The notes beneath the pieces were generated by a model. That model was not told the DNA's origin. It ran no database searches and saw nothing but the letters and a program-made list of their open reading frames with translations. From Candidatus Heimdallarchaeota archaeon (GTDB taxonomy: Archaea; Asgardarchaeota; Heimdallarchaeia; Heimdallarchaeales; Heimdallarchaeaceae), in the NCBI GenBank assembly GCA_016839945.1, contig JAEOTE010000023.1, forward strand, positions 1 through 18,323: a stretch of DNA of 18,323 nt, given 5' to 3'. The first letter of the stretch is position 1. Every line of letters starts with the position of its first letter. The position numbers were made by a program, and so were the translations under genes. Positions 7,792 through 17,379 of this stretch are shown one piece after another.

Positions 7792-7796
7792 CTTAA

Positions 7797-8243
7797 ATGG
7801 ATAAAATTATTTATCACTCGATTATTCTTGAATGTTCTCCTCATGATGCATTTGAATTCTTTACAACTAATAAGCACCTTGAACAATGGCTAGCAAAAGA
7901 AGCTGATGTTGAACCAAAAATTGGTGGAAAATATGAACTTTTTTGGGTTCTAGAAGATAAGGAGAATGATAGTACAATAGGATGCAAAATATTAGCTTTT
8001 CAACATGATAAATTCCTCAACTTTGAATGGAAAGGACCTAAAATGTATAAACATTTTATGAACGAAGCTCAACCTTTGACTAATGTTGTTGTTTTCTTTA
8101 TTCCAATAGATAGAGTAACTGAAATTCATATATTACATACTGGTTGGAGAGATTCTCCTGAATGGGAAGAAGCAAGAAAGTGGTTTGATGAACAATGGAG
8201 ATTATCTTTTGCAAAACTGCTGGAGTATGCAAAATCAGCTTAA
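7797..8243 (+). CDS. SRPBCC / AHSA1-like START-domain protein
   Basis: Pattern AFEFFT...LEQW, VEPKIGGKYEL, LNFEW, TEIHILHTGW and a terminal W..SF..L helix. Confidence 0.9.
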   Translation: MDKIIYHSIILECSPHDAFEFFTTNKHLEQWLAKEADVEPKIGGKYELFWVLEDKENDSTIGCKILAFQHDKFLNFEWKGPKMYKHFMNEAQPLTNVVVFFIPIDRVTEIHILHTGWRDSPEWEEARKWFDEQWRLSFAKLLEYAKSA

Positions 8244-8286
8244 ATCATATTCAAAAAAACACAATAAAAAATGAAAAATCCTCTTC

Positions 8287-8294
8287 TTTATATA
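8287..8294 (+). promoter_or_regulatory. Putative TATA box upstream of uvrA
   Basis: TTTATATA matches the archaeal consensus and lies about 42 nt before GTG 8337. Confidence 0.5.
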
Positions 8295-8336
8295 CTGATA
8301 TCTTATGCTCTAGAGTAGATATTTAGATAGGTTTAG

Positions 8337-11300
8337 GTGGATACTTTGGGTAAGAACTCGATTGAGGTTATAGGTGCTCAAGAGAACAATTTAAAGAACA
8401 TCTCAGTCGAGATTCCGCACAACAAATTCGTAGCTATATCTGGTATAAGTGGATCAGGAAAAAGTTCATTGGCATTCAATACTATTTACATGGAAGCTCA
8501 ACGCAGATATATGGAGACTCTTTCTGCCTATGCAAGACAGTTTATTGGCAATTTTGATAGACCAGATGTAGAACACATTGATGGCTTACGACCTACTATT
8601 TCGATTGATCAAAAGACAATTTCTAGAAATCCAAGGAGTACTGTTGGAACTCTGACAGAAATTTATGACTACATGCGAGTGCTTTATGCTCGAGTGGGTA
8701 TACCACACTGTCCTGGATGTAAGGTAAAAATAGAAGCTCAGCCATCAGATCAGATTATAGAACAACTTTTTGCTTCATTTGAGAGTGAAAGAATCAAAAT
8801 AGTAGCTCCTGTATTTGAGAAGAGAAAAGGAGAGTATAGGAAAGAACTAGCTCAATGGAAAGAAGAAGGATATATTAGATTAATAATTGATGGTAAAGAA
8901 GTAAATCTTGATGATAAAGAAGTAAAACTAGAAAGGTATGTAGCTCATGATATTGAGATTATAGTTGATAGAAATAAATGTGAGAGGAGAAATGAACCTA
9001 GTATAAGAGACAGTATAACTTTAGCACTAGAATTAGCTAATGGTAAACTGAAAATAATTGGGGAGAAAAAAGAGCGAAAATTTTCAACAAAATTAGTATG
9101 TCCTCAATGTGGTTTGTCAGTTAATGAATTCCATCCAAGAGATTTTTCTTACAATACTGCTGTTGGAGCATGTAGAAGGTGTAAAGGATTAGGAAGAGTT
9201 CCTCAGATTGTTCCAGAGAAATTCATAAACAAAGAACTATCTATCGCAGAAGGAGCTGTAGCAACAACTACATCCAATAAAAAGTATATAACATACAGCG
9301 GAGTGGGAATGAAGGGAATAGGAAAAATAGCGGAAGAGCATGGATATGACCTTAACACACCGATAAAAGATCTAACTGAAGAGCAGTACAATGTTTTACT
9401 TTATGGTTCAGGTTCAAGGGAGTACAAACTTAGATGGGAATGGGGAAGTGATGAAACAACCTGGAAAGGAAAAGGTGAATACATCACAACATGGAATGGT
9501 CTTATTCCAACAACTATGAATGGATATTATAGAGTAGAATCTCTAACCAGAAAAGCAGATTTAGAGAAATTTATGGAACTTACACAATGTCTTTCATGTA
9601 ATGGAGCAAGATTAAAAACAGAAAGTCTCGCAGTTTTATTCAAAAATAAAAACATTTCTGAGTTAAATCAACTTCCTATAGATAAATGTCTGAACTTTTT
9701 TGAAAAAGTAAAATTAACAAAAGATGAGAATAAGATAGCTGGACCTTTGCTAAAAGAAATAAAAAGTCGTCTTTCTTTCATGATTGAAGTAGGTCTGCAT
9801 TATATAACACTGGATAGAGCAGCTAATGAACTAAGTGGAGGGGAAGGACAAAGAACTAGATTAGCAACTCAGATCGGTTCTAAATTACAAGGTGTTACTT
9901 ATCTGCTCGATGAGCCAAGTATAGGATTAGCTAATAGAGACAATCATAAGCTATTGAATTCTTTAACAACCTTGAGAGATGGGGGAAATACTGTTGTAGT
10001 TGTTGAACATGATGAAGATACTCTAAGAAGCTCAGATATGCTGGTTGACTTAGGTCCTAAAGCTGGAGAAGAAGGAGGAGAAGTCTTGTTCTCAATGGAT
10101 CCAAATAATATTACCAAAGCTGATGCTAAAGGCTCTATAACGGCAAGATATCTACTTGGACTAGATGAAATCTCAATCCCTGTAGAAAGAAGAAAAAGTG
10201 AAACATTCCTTGTTTTGAAAGGTGCACAACATAATAATTTGAAGAATATAAATGTTAAATTCCCAATAGGTAATTTCATTAGCATTACTGGTGTTTCAGG
10301 TTCTGGAAAATCATCTTTAGTTACTGATACATTATACCCAATTCTAGTAAATACGTTACACAATGGAACACAAAGAGTAGGAAAACACAGAAAACTAGAA
10401 GGGATAGAGAACATAGATAAAGCTGTAGTAATTAATCAATCACCAATTGGTAGGAATCCACGATCGAATCCTGCAACTTATACCAAAGTTCTGGATCATA
10501 TTAGAGATCTTTTTGCTAAAATGCCTACTGCCAAAGTGAGAGGATATTCAAAGACTAGATTCAGTTTTAACACAAAAATAGGTAGATGTGAAGCATGCAA
10601 AGGACATGGTTATAATACTATTGAAATGTCTCTTCTACCTGATGTAGAAGTTGAGTGCGAAATCTGTAAAGGTAGGAGATTCGATGATGAGACACTTAAA
10701 ATCAAATTTGCGGAAAGATCTATAGCAGATATATTAGATATGACTGTAAGCAGAGCGATGAAAGTGTTTGAGAATCAACCTAAGATTCTAAGAATTTTGC
10801 AAACATTATCTGATGTAGGATTAGATTATATCAAATTAGGGCAACCATCTACAACATTATCTGGTGGTGAAGCGCAACGTATCAAACTTTCAAGAGAGTT
10901 AGCAAAGAAATCAACAGGACAAACAATGTACTTACTTGATGAGCCTACAACGGGATTATCATTTGAAGATATAAAGAAGTTACTTGCTGTTTTGCAGAAA
11001 CTAGTTGATATGGGGAATACTATTGTTATTATCGAACATAATTTGGATGTAATCAAAACAGCAGATCATGTTATTGATCTTGGTCCAGATGGTGGAGAAG
11101 ATAATGGTGGGTATTTAGTAGCGGAAGGAACTCCTGAAAAGATAATGGAGTGTGAAGAATCATTTACAGGTCAAGCCTTGAAAAAGGTTCTACTCGAAGG
11201 TTATGAAGAGGATTGGGAAGCTAAAAAAGCTGTTTTAGATGAAGATTTAGATCCATCACAATATCTTCATATTCGAGGTGCTTCAAAAAACAATCTAAAA

Positions 11301-14090
11301 AGCATCAATCTTGATATTCCTAAAGAACAACTTGTAGTTATTACAGGTCCTAGTGGCTCTGGCAAGAGTTCACTAGCAATTGATACTCTTTTCGCAGAAG
11401 GTCAAAGAAGATTCATAGAAAGCTTATCAAGCTATGCTCGTCAATTCTTAGTTAAGGCTGAAAGAGCTGATGTTGAAGATATAATAGGACTTACACCCTC
11501 TATCGCTATTCATCAACATTCAATATCTAAAAATCCAAGATCGACTGTTGCAACAACAACAGAAATTTATGATTATCTTAGATTATTATTTGCAAAAATT
11601 GGAATACCTCATTGTCCTGTATGCAAAATTGTTTTGAAAGCTAGAACAGTAGATGAAGTAAGTAAGTTAATCGAAATAGAATCTTTTAAGAAATCTGTTA
11701 TAATTGCATCTTCTCTAACAAATGGAGAAGAGATAGATGTTCAAAAGACAATCAAAGAACTAGTGAAACAAGGTTATTCCAGAGTAATTATTGAAGGTAA
11801 AGAATATCACGTAGATGATGCAATCAAGAAAAGGAAAACATCTTTATTTTCAGTTGTTGTTGATAGAATTAATATTAAAGAGAAAGATCTATCTAGATTA
11901 GCAGAAGCTATAGAAGCAGCAGTTAAATTAGGAAAAGGGAGAGTAGAATTATATTATAATAGTAAGAAAAATACTTACTCTATCTATCCTGAGTGTATTG
12001 ATCATGATTATGAAGCTCCGGAAGAAATGCACCCGCGTTTGTTCAGCTTTAATCATTATTCTGGTTCGTGTACTTCTTGTACAGGTTTAGGTTCAATAAG
12101 AAAACTTGATGTCAGGAAAATTGTCAGAAACTGGGATAAAACAATTTTAGAAGGAGCAATAAGTCCTTACACATATCAAAGATTAGCTAAACCTAATTCA
12201 TGGAGGAGAAGTATGCTTCAGTCTATTGCAGACTATTATGATTTTACTTTGGATACACCAATGAAAGATTTAACTCCTCAACAACTAGATGCATTGTTTT
12301 ATGGATCAAAAGGGGAAATTCTCAAACTCAAATATCAGAGAGAAAGAGAACGATCATCATCTGAATTTACAAAAACAGCTGAGTGGGAAGGATTAATTCC
12401 AAGATGGGAAAAATGGTTATCAGAACCATCTGAATCCCGTTACTCCAGGGAGTATAAAGAAAGATACAACAAATATTATACAGAATACAAATGTCCAGAT
12501 TGCAATGGGAGAAAGCTGAAACCAGAAATACTGGCTATCACAGTTAGTGACAAGTCAATCAATGATTTAGCTACATCAGCTGTAGATGAGTTTCTAGACT
12601 TCCTTGAAAATGTAAAATTATCGAAAAGAGATAGGAAAATATCTGAGAGGATAATTTTAGAATTGAAGAAAAGAGCACAGTATCTAGTTGATGTTGGATT
12701 AAGTTATTTAACATTAAATAGAAGATCAAGTACTTTATCTAATGGTGAAGCTCAAAGAATAAGACTAGCATCACAAGTTGGTTCAGGATTAGTAGGAGTA
12801 ACTTATCTGCTTGATGAGCCAACTATCGGACTTCATCCAAAGGACATTAATAGACTATTAATCACTCTCAAAAAATTAAGAGATAATGGTAATCATGTTA
12901 TAGTTGTTGAGCATGATGAAGCAATAATAAAAGAATCTGAATATATGGTGGAACTAGGACCTATGGGAGGAGATCAAGGAGGAGAAATAATCTCTGAAGG
13001 ACCTACTTCTGAAATCTTGGAAAGAGAAGATTCTTTAACAGCAAAATATCTTTCCAAAGAACACAGAATTTTAACTCCTGAAATTAGAAGAAAAGCAAAT
13101 AATCATATTCTTGTAAAAGGTGCAGCTGAAAATAATCTCAAAGATATAGATGTCGAGTTTGGATTAGGAACTATAACAGCTGTAACAGGAGTTTCAGGAG
13201 CTGGTAAGTCTTCTTTAGTGATTGAAATCTTACAAAAAGGACTTGAAAGAGCTCTATTGCAAAAGAAAATAGAAGTTGGAAAATATAAATCTCTAACTGG
13301 GTATGAGGAGCTATCAAAGATTATCGTAGTTGACCAATCAGCTCTTAGTAAATCTAGACGCTCAAATCCAGCTACTTATCTTGGCGTGTTTGATGAAGTA
13401 AGAAAGTTCTACTCGAAGCTTCCTGAATCAAGAGCAAGCGGATTTGATCCTGGACATTTCAGTTATAATACAAACAAAGGACAATGTCATGAATGTCATG
13501 GTTTAGGAATGAAACGAATAGAATTACTTTTCCTCTCAGATGTCTGGCTTCAATGTCCAGTTTGTAAAGGTAAGAAATATAAAAAGAAAGTTCTATTAGC
13601 TCGATATAAACAGAAAACGATCTCAGATATTCTTGATTTGACAATTTCTGAAGCATGTGAGTTATTCAAAGAAATAGAGAAAATCTATTTTCCACTTAAG
13701 ATAGCAGATGATGTAGGTTTAGGATACTTAAGAATGGGACAACCGACAACAACAATTTCTGGTGGAGAAGCAGAGAGATTGAAAATCACTAGAGAATTAG
13801 CTAAGAAAGGATTAGGAAAGAACCTTTATTTGATTGATGAGCCTTCTCAGGGACTCCATTATTATGATATTGAGAAACTAATAATTGTCCTTCAAAAACT
13901 AGCTAATGAAGGAAATACTATTGTTTTTATCGATCATAATATGGATTTAGTGAAAATTGCAGATTCAGTTATTGATTTAGGTCCAGAGGGAGGAAAGAAA
14001 GGAGGACACATTGTCGCAACTGGTACTCCAGAAGAGATAGCTATTAAAGAAGCAGGTTATACTTGGGAATATCTTAAAAACGCCCTTTAG
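8337..14090 (+). CDS. uvrA: Excinuclease ABC subunit UvrA, double-length (two UvrA units fused in tandem, four ABC ATPase domains)
   Basis: Four Walker A motifs (GISGSGKSS 8442, GVSGSGKSS 10290, GPSGSGKSS 11346, GVSGAGKSS 13188). Two copies each of E(A/G)QRR..E.LS.YARQF, NPRSTV.T.TEIYDY.R and RSNPATY. Two sets of Zn-binding CxxC pairs. Unit 1 spans about 8337-11193, followed by an acidic linker, and unit 2 spans about 11262-14090. Confidence 0.97.
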   Translation: MDTLGKNSIEVIGAQENNLKNISVEIPHNKFVAISGISGSGKSSLAFNTIYMEAQRRYMETLSAYARQFIGNFDRPDVEHIDGLRPTISIDQKTISRNPRSTVGTLTEIYDYMRVLYARVGIPHCPGCKVKIEAQPSDQIIEQLFASFESERIKIVAPVFEKRKGEYRKELAQWKEEGYIRLIIDGKEVNLDDKEVKLERYVAHDIEIIVDRNKCERRNEPSIRDSITLALELANGKLKIIGEKKERKFSTKLVCPQCGLSVNEFHPRDFSYNTAVGACRRCKGLGRVPQIVPEKFINKELSIAEGAVATTTSNKKYITYSGVGMKGIGKIAEEHGYDLNTPIKDLTEEQYNVLLYGSGSREYKLRWEWGSDETTWKGKGEYITTWNGLIPTTMNGYYRVESLTRKADLEKFMELTQCLSCNGARLKTESLAVLFKNKNISELNQLPIDKCLNFFEKVKLTKDENKIAGPLLKEIKSRLSFMIEVGLHYITLDRAANELSGGEGQRTRLATQIGSKLQGVTYLLDEPSIGLANRDNHKLLNSLTTLRDGGNTVVVVEHDEDTLRSSDMLVDLGPKAGEEGGEVLFSMDPNNITKADAKGSITARYLLGLDEISIPVERRKSETFLVLKGAQHNNLKNINVKFPIGNFISITGVSGSGKSSLVTDTLYPILVNTLHNGTQRVGKHRKLEGIENIDKAVVINQSPIGRNPRSNPATYTKVLDHIRDLFAKMPTAKVRGYSKTRFSFNTKIGRCEACKGHGYNTIEMSLLPDVEVECEICKGRRFDDETLKIKFAERSIADILDMTVSRAMKVFENQPKILRILQTLSDVGLDYIKLGQPSTTLSGGEAQRIKLSRELAKKSTGQTMYLLDEPTTGLSFEDIKKLLAVLQKLVDMGNTIVIIEHNLDVIKTADHVIDLGPDGGEDNGGYLVAEGTPEKIMECEESFTGQALKKVLLEGYEEDWEAKKAVLDEDLDPSQYLHIRGASKNNLKSINLDIPKEQLVVITGPSGSGKSSLAIDTLFAEGQRRFIESLSSYARQFLVKAERADVEDIIGLTPSIAIHQHSISKNPRSTVATTTEIYDYLRLLFAKIGIPHCPVCKIVLKARTVDEVSKLIEIESFKKSVIIASSLTNGEEIDVQKTIKELVKQGYSRVIIEGKEYHVDDAIKKRKTSLFSVVVDRINIKEKDLSRLAEAIEAAVKLGKGRVELYYNSKKNTYSIYPECIDHDYEAPEEMHPRLFSFNHYSGSCTSCTGLGSIRKLDVRKIVRNWDKTILEGAISPYTYQRLAKPNSWRRSMLQSIADYYDFTLDTPMKDLTPQQLDALFYGSKGEILKLKYQRERERSSSEFTKTAEWEGLIPRWEKWLSEPSESRYSREYKERYNKYYTEYKCPDCNGRKLKPEILAITVSDKSINDLATSAVDEFLDFLENVKLSKRDRKISERIILELKKRAQYLVDVGLSYLTLNRRSSTLSNGEAQRIRLASQVGSGLVGVTYLLDEPTIGLHPKDINRLLITLKKLRDNGNHVIVVEHDEAIIKESEYMVELGPMGGDQGGEIISEGPTSEILEREDSLTAKYLSKEHRILTPEIRRKANNHILVKGAAENNLKDIDVEFGLGTITAVTGVSGAGKSSLVIEILQKGLERALLQKKIEVGKYKSLTGYEELSKIIVVDQSALSKSRRSNPATYLGVFDEVRKFYSKLPESRASGFDPGHFSYNTNKGQCHECHGLGMKRIELLFLSDVWLQCPVCKGKKYKKKVLLARYKQKTISDILDLTISEACELFKEIEKIYFPLKIADDVGLGYLRMGQPTTTISGGEAERLKITRELAKKGLGKNLYLIDEPSQGLHYYDIEKLIIVLQKLANEGNTIVFIDHNMDLVKIADSVIDLGPEGGKKGGHIVATGTPEEIAIKEAGYTWEYLKNAL

Positions 14091-14115
14091 TCTAAATCAA
14101 ATACTACATAAAACA

Positions 14116-14123
14116 TTTATTAA
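14116..14123 (+). promoter_or_regulatory. Putative TATA box for a leaderless kynU transcript
   Basis: TTTATTAA ends 25 nt before ATG 14149, with no SD. Confidence 0.45.
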
Positions 14124-14148
14124 TGACTTCCAATAAATTTTGAAGTGT

Positions 14149-15399
14149 ATGAGCGATCCATATGAATTTAGTATTGATCATGCTAAAAAGTTAGATGCTG
14201 ATGACCCTCTAAACTATCTAAGAGAACATTTCTTTATTCCAAGAGATTCGATTTATCTCAATGGTAATTCCTTAGGATTACTTTCTAAAGAAGCTGCAAC
14301 AACACTTCTTCGAGTTTTAGATGAATGGAAGAATCTTGGAGTACAAGGCTGGTTAAATGAGGAGAATCCTTGGTTCTTTCAAGCCGAAAATCTAGGAAAA
14401 AAGATAGCTCCTTTAGTTGGAGCTAAACCTGAAGAAGTTGTAGCCACTGGAACTACTACAATCAATCTTCATTCTTTAGTTAGTACTTTTTTTCAACCTA
14501 CAGAAGAAAGAAACAAAATTCTCGCAGATCAGCTGAATTTCCCCACAGATATTTATGCTCTTCAAAGTCAAGTAAAGCTGAAAGGATTAGATCCAAAGAA
14601 ACATTTGAAACTTGTTAAGAGTGAAGATGGCAGAACTCTAGATGAAGTTAAGATAAAAAGAGCTATAACCAAGGATGTAGCATTAGTTGTTCTTCCATCA
14701 GTTCTGTTTAGGAGTGGTCAACTCTTAGATATCGAGGGAATAACAAAAAACGCTCATAGCAAAGGAGTTCTAATCGGTTGGGATTGTAGTCATTCAGTTG
14801 GAGTTGTTCCCCACAAATTCGATAAATGGGGAGTAGACTTTGCTTTTTGGTGTAGTTACAAATATCTTAACGCAGGACCTGGAGCCAGCGCTTTTCTTTA
14901 TGTTAATGAGAAACATTTCGATAAAGAATCTGCACTTACAGGTTGGTTTGGTTATGTGAAAGAAAAACAGTTTGAAATGAACCTGCACTTTGAACAAGCA
15001 AAAAGTGCTGGAGGTTGGCAGATTTCTTCTCCAGCTATTTTAGGATCTGCAACCTTAGAAGGAGCTTTGGATGTTATTTTAAGAGCAGGAATAGAAAACA
15101 TTAGACAAAAATCTATGAAGATGACAGCTTATCTTATCTATTTATTTGATAACTTACTCTCAGAAGAACCATATAATTTTACATTAGGTACACCTCGAAT
15201 GCCAAATCAGAGAGGAGGACATATTGCACTTGAACACGAAGATGCACAACGAATTCATGAACAATTATTAGAAGAAAATGTTATTCATGATTTTCGTCCT
15301 CCCAATGTCATCAGAATCACTCCTTGTGCTCTCTATAATACTTTTACAGAAATCTGGCAAACTGTTTCTAAACTTCGAAAGATAGTAGATGAAGAATAA
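14149..15399 (+). CDS. kynU: Kynureninase (PLP-dependent)
   Basis: IYLNGNSLG, FPTDIYA, IGWDCSHSVG, PLP-lysine motif FWCSYKYLNAGPG, GWFG, QRGGHI, DFRPPNVIR and LYNTF. ATG 14149 is preferred over TTG 14140. Confidence 0.96.
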   Translation: MSDPYEFSIDHAKKLDADDPLNYLREHFFIPRDSIYLNGNSLGLLSKEAATTLLRVLDEWKNLGVQGWLNEENPWFFQAENLGKKIAPLVGAKPEEVVATGTTTINLHSLVSTFFQPTEERNKILADQLNFPTDIYALQSQVKLKGLDPKKHLKLVKSEDGRTLDEVKIKRAITKDVALVVLPSVLFRSGQLLDIEGITKNAHSKGVLIGWDCSHSVGVVPHKFDKWGVDFAFWCSYKYLNAGPGASAFLYVNEKHFDKESALTGWFGYVKEKQFEMNLHFEQAKSAGGWQISSPAILGSATLEGALDVILRAGIENIRQKSMKMTAYLIYLFDNLLSEEPYNFTLGTPRMPNQRGGHIALEHEDAQRIHEQLLEENVIHDFRPPNVIRITPCALYNTFTEIWQTVSKLRKIVDEE

Positions 15400-15437
15400 G
15401 ATTTAATTATCATGTCTATATTCGCTTATTGGGAAAA

Positions 15438-16418
15438 ATGTTAGCTGTAGAAACGCATCAATTAACCAAAGATTATGAAACAAAAGATACTTTTCTACGA
15501 GCTGTGAACAATCTGAATCTCAAAATTGAGGAAGCTGAAATATATAGCTTACTCGGTCCTAATGGCGCAGGTAAGACTACTTCTGTAAGACTCTTAACTG
15601 GTCTTCTTCGACCTTCGGAAGGTGGTGCGAGTGTTTTAGGGTTAGATATTGTAAAAAACGCTCAAGAAATTAGAGGAAAAGTAGGATTATTAACAGAGAC
15701 ACCAGCAATTTATGAGAGGTTAACAGTTCGTCAAAATTTGGAATTTATCGCAAGATTGTATAATGTACCAAAAAAAGATATTCGCCATCGTATAGAAGAA
15801 ATAATTGATTTGTTTGATATATCAGAGAAAATCGATCTTCCAGCAGGTTCATTATCTAAAGGTATGAAACAAAAGCTAGCTATTGCTAGAGCAATGTTAC
15901 ATGACCCCCCTGTTATTTTTCTCGATGAGCCAACAGCTTCATTAGCACCAGAATCAGCAAAAATTGTTCGAGATCAAATATTGAAATTAGCAAAAACAGA
16001 GAAAAGAACTTTTTTTATTTGCACTCATAATTTGTTTGAAGCTGAACGATTATCATCACGCATTGGAATCATTAATCATGGTTCATTGATAGCTCAAGGA
16101 ACACCTTCTGAATTACGAGAATTAAAAAAAGATGAAACTACAACTCTATTCCGATTCGATCAATGGAGCAAGGAAATCAAAGATTACTTTGAAACCAATA
16201 AATTGGAAATTGTAGAAATGGATACTGAAAGAAAAATAATCTCTGTAATTATTCCAAAAATTGAGCAGGATACTCCTGGGATTATCAAAGAATTAATTCA
16301 TCAAAATCATTCTATAGTTGAAGTTAAACATGAATTCCCCACCCTAGAAAAGATTTACTTGGAATTAGTTGAAAGTGAGAGTGTTCCACGAGAAAATCAT
16401 GAGGAGGAAGAATCATGA
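15438..16418 (+). CDS. ABC exporter ATP-binding subunit (CcmA/DrrA-like)
   Basis: GPNGAGKTT, LSKGMKQKL, IFLDEPT, CTH and a C-terminal PTLEKIYL. ATG 15438 is preferred over TTG 15429. Confidence 0.95.
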   Translation: MLAVETHQLTKDYETKDTFLRAVNNLNLKIEEAEIYSLLGPNGAGKTTSVRLLTGLLRPSEGGASVLGLDIVKNAQEIRGKVGLLTETPAIYERLTVRQNLEFIARLYNVPKKDIRHRIEEIIDLFDISEKIDLPAGSLSKGMKQKLAIARAMLHDPPVIFLDEPTASLAPESAKIVRDQILKLAKTEKRTFFICTHNLFEAERLSSRIGIINHGSLIAQGTPSELRELKKDETTTLFRFDQWSKEIKDYFETNKLEIVEMDTERKIISVIIPKIEQDTPGIIKELIHQNHSIVEVKHEFPTLEKIYLELVESESVPRENHEEEES

Positions 16419-17233
16419 ACTGGCAAAGAGTTTGGGCAATGATCAGGAAAGATGTTATTGAATTTACTAAGTCTAAATATGTCATGTCAGCAATCATTGG
16501 GATGCCATTACTTTTCGCTATTATATTTCCATTAACAGCTATTATGCCAATTGCGAAAATTGATCCTGCTGAATTTGAATCTGCAGATTTTGGTCAATTC
16601 ATTAATAATCTTTTCAGCAAAGCTGTTTCTAATTGGAGCAGTTTAGACCCACAAGCACAAACACTAGTCATGCTTGCATATAGTATGTTTATAGTTGTAC
16701 TAATGCTTCCAATCATAATTCCAGCTGTTACAGCATCAGAAACTGTTGTAGGAGAAAAAGAAAGAAAGACAATGGAAGCGGTATTAGCATCTCCTATGTC
16801 AGAATCAGAAATAGTTTTGAGTAAAATCATTTCATCGTTCTTACCATCAGTTATTGGAACTCTTATTGCAGCAATAGGTTACATAGTCATAACTGACATC
16901 ATCGTATATCCATTCATAGGACAATTATTGTTTCCAGATCTCATATCCATGGTTCTAGTTTTCATCTTTAGTCCAATGGTGTCAATAATAAGTGTAGAAT
17001 TAATGATAATGATTTCAACAAGAGTAACTAGTGTTAGAGACGCTTATCAGCTAGGGTCTTTAATAGTACTACCACTAATTATGTTAGTTGTGGCAGAGAT
17101 GTTTGGGTTACTCTTTCAATCAACAATAACTATGATTGCAGGAATTGCAATACTAGCTGTTATAATATTTATATTGTTCAAAATTACAGCAAATATATTT
17201 GATAGAGAAAGAGCATTAGTAAAAATGGTTTAA
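16415..17233 (+). CDS. ABC-2 type exporter permease
   Basis: ATGA overlap with the ATPase and a GGAGG SD. Motifs IRKD and VVGEKERKTMEAVLASP...IVLSK, with about six TM helices. Confidence 0.93.
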   Translation: MNWQRVWAMIRKDVIEFTKSKYVMSAIIGMPLLFAIIFPLTAIMPIAKIDPAEFESADFGQFINNLFSKAVSNWSSLDPQAQTLVMLAYSMFIVVLMLPIIIPAVTASETVVGEKERKTMEAVLASPMSESEIVLSKIISSFLPSVIGTLIAAIGYIVITDIIVYPFIGQLLFPDLISMVLVFIFSPMVSIISVELMIMISTRVTSVRDAYQLGSLIVLPLIMLVVAEMFGLLFQSTITMIAGIAILAVIIFILFKITANIFDRERALVKMV

Positions 17234-17357
17234 TTAAATATGAAAAGAAACAGAATAACTGTATTCCATTAACCAAAGCTAAGACTAATACGAAAGTAAT
17301 GTAATTAGAAAGAACTCAAATACTGATTTATGCCAGATATTTATGAGAAACTTATAG

Positions 17358-17379
17358 AAAAAAAAGAAAGAAAATAAAA
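17358..17379 (-). terminator. T-rich terminator candidate directly after the beta-helix gene
   Basis: The minus strand reads TTTTATTTTCTTTCTTTTTTTT immediately after the stop. Confidence 0.55.

Noticed and set aside
7305-14090. Genome-wide TAG reassignment
   Set aside because: uvrA also ends in TAG at its natural C-terminus, with another stop seven codons later, and no conserved gene here contains an internal TAG.
8337-14090. Double uvrA as an assembly duplication or an intein-containing gene
   Set aside because: The halves differ extensively outside the core motifs, the extra length is explained by a second UvrA unit, and I saw no intein or homing-endonuclease motifs.
9203-16830. Minus-strand ORFs 9203-9391, 9944-10414, 10826-11056, 13459-13656, 14794-14997 and 16594-16830
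   Set aside because: These are antisense shadows within well-supported uvrA, kynU and permease genes.
8337-17233. UvrA plus ABC exporter as a DrrABC-like drug-resistance module
   Set aside because: This UvrA retains UvrB-binding-type domains, unlike DrrC-class proteins. kynU intervenes, and the genes appear to have separate promoters.
17240-17272. Short ORF MKRNRITVFH after the permease
   Set aside because: It is only 10 codons long, with no SD or other support.
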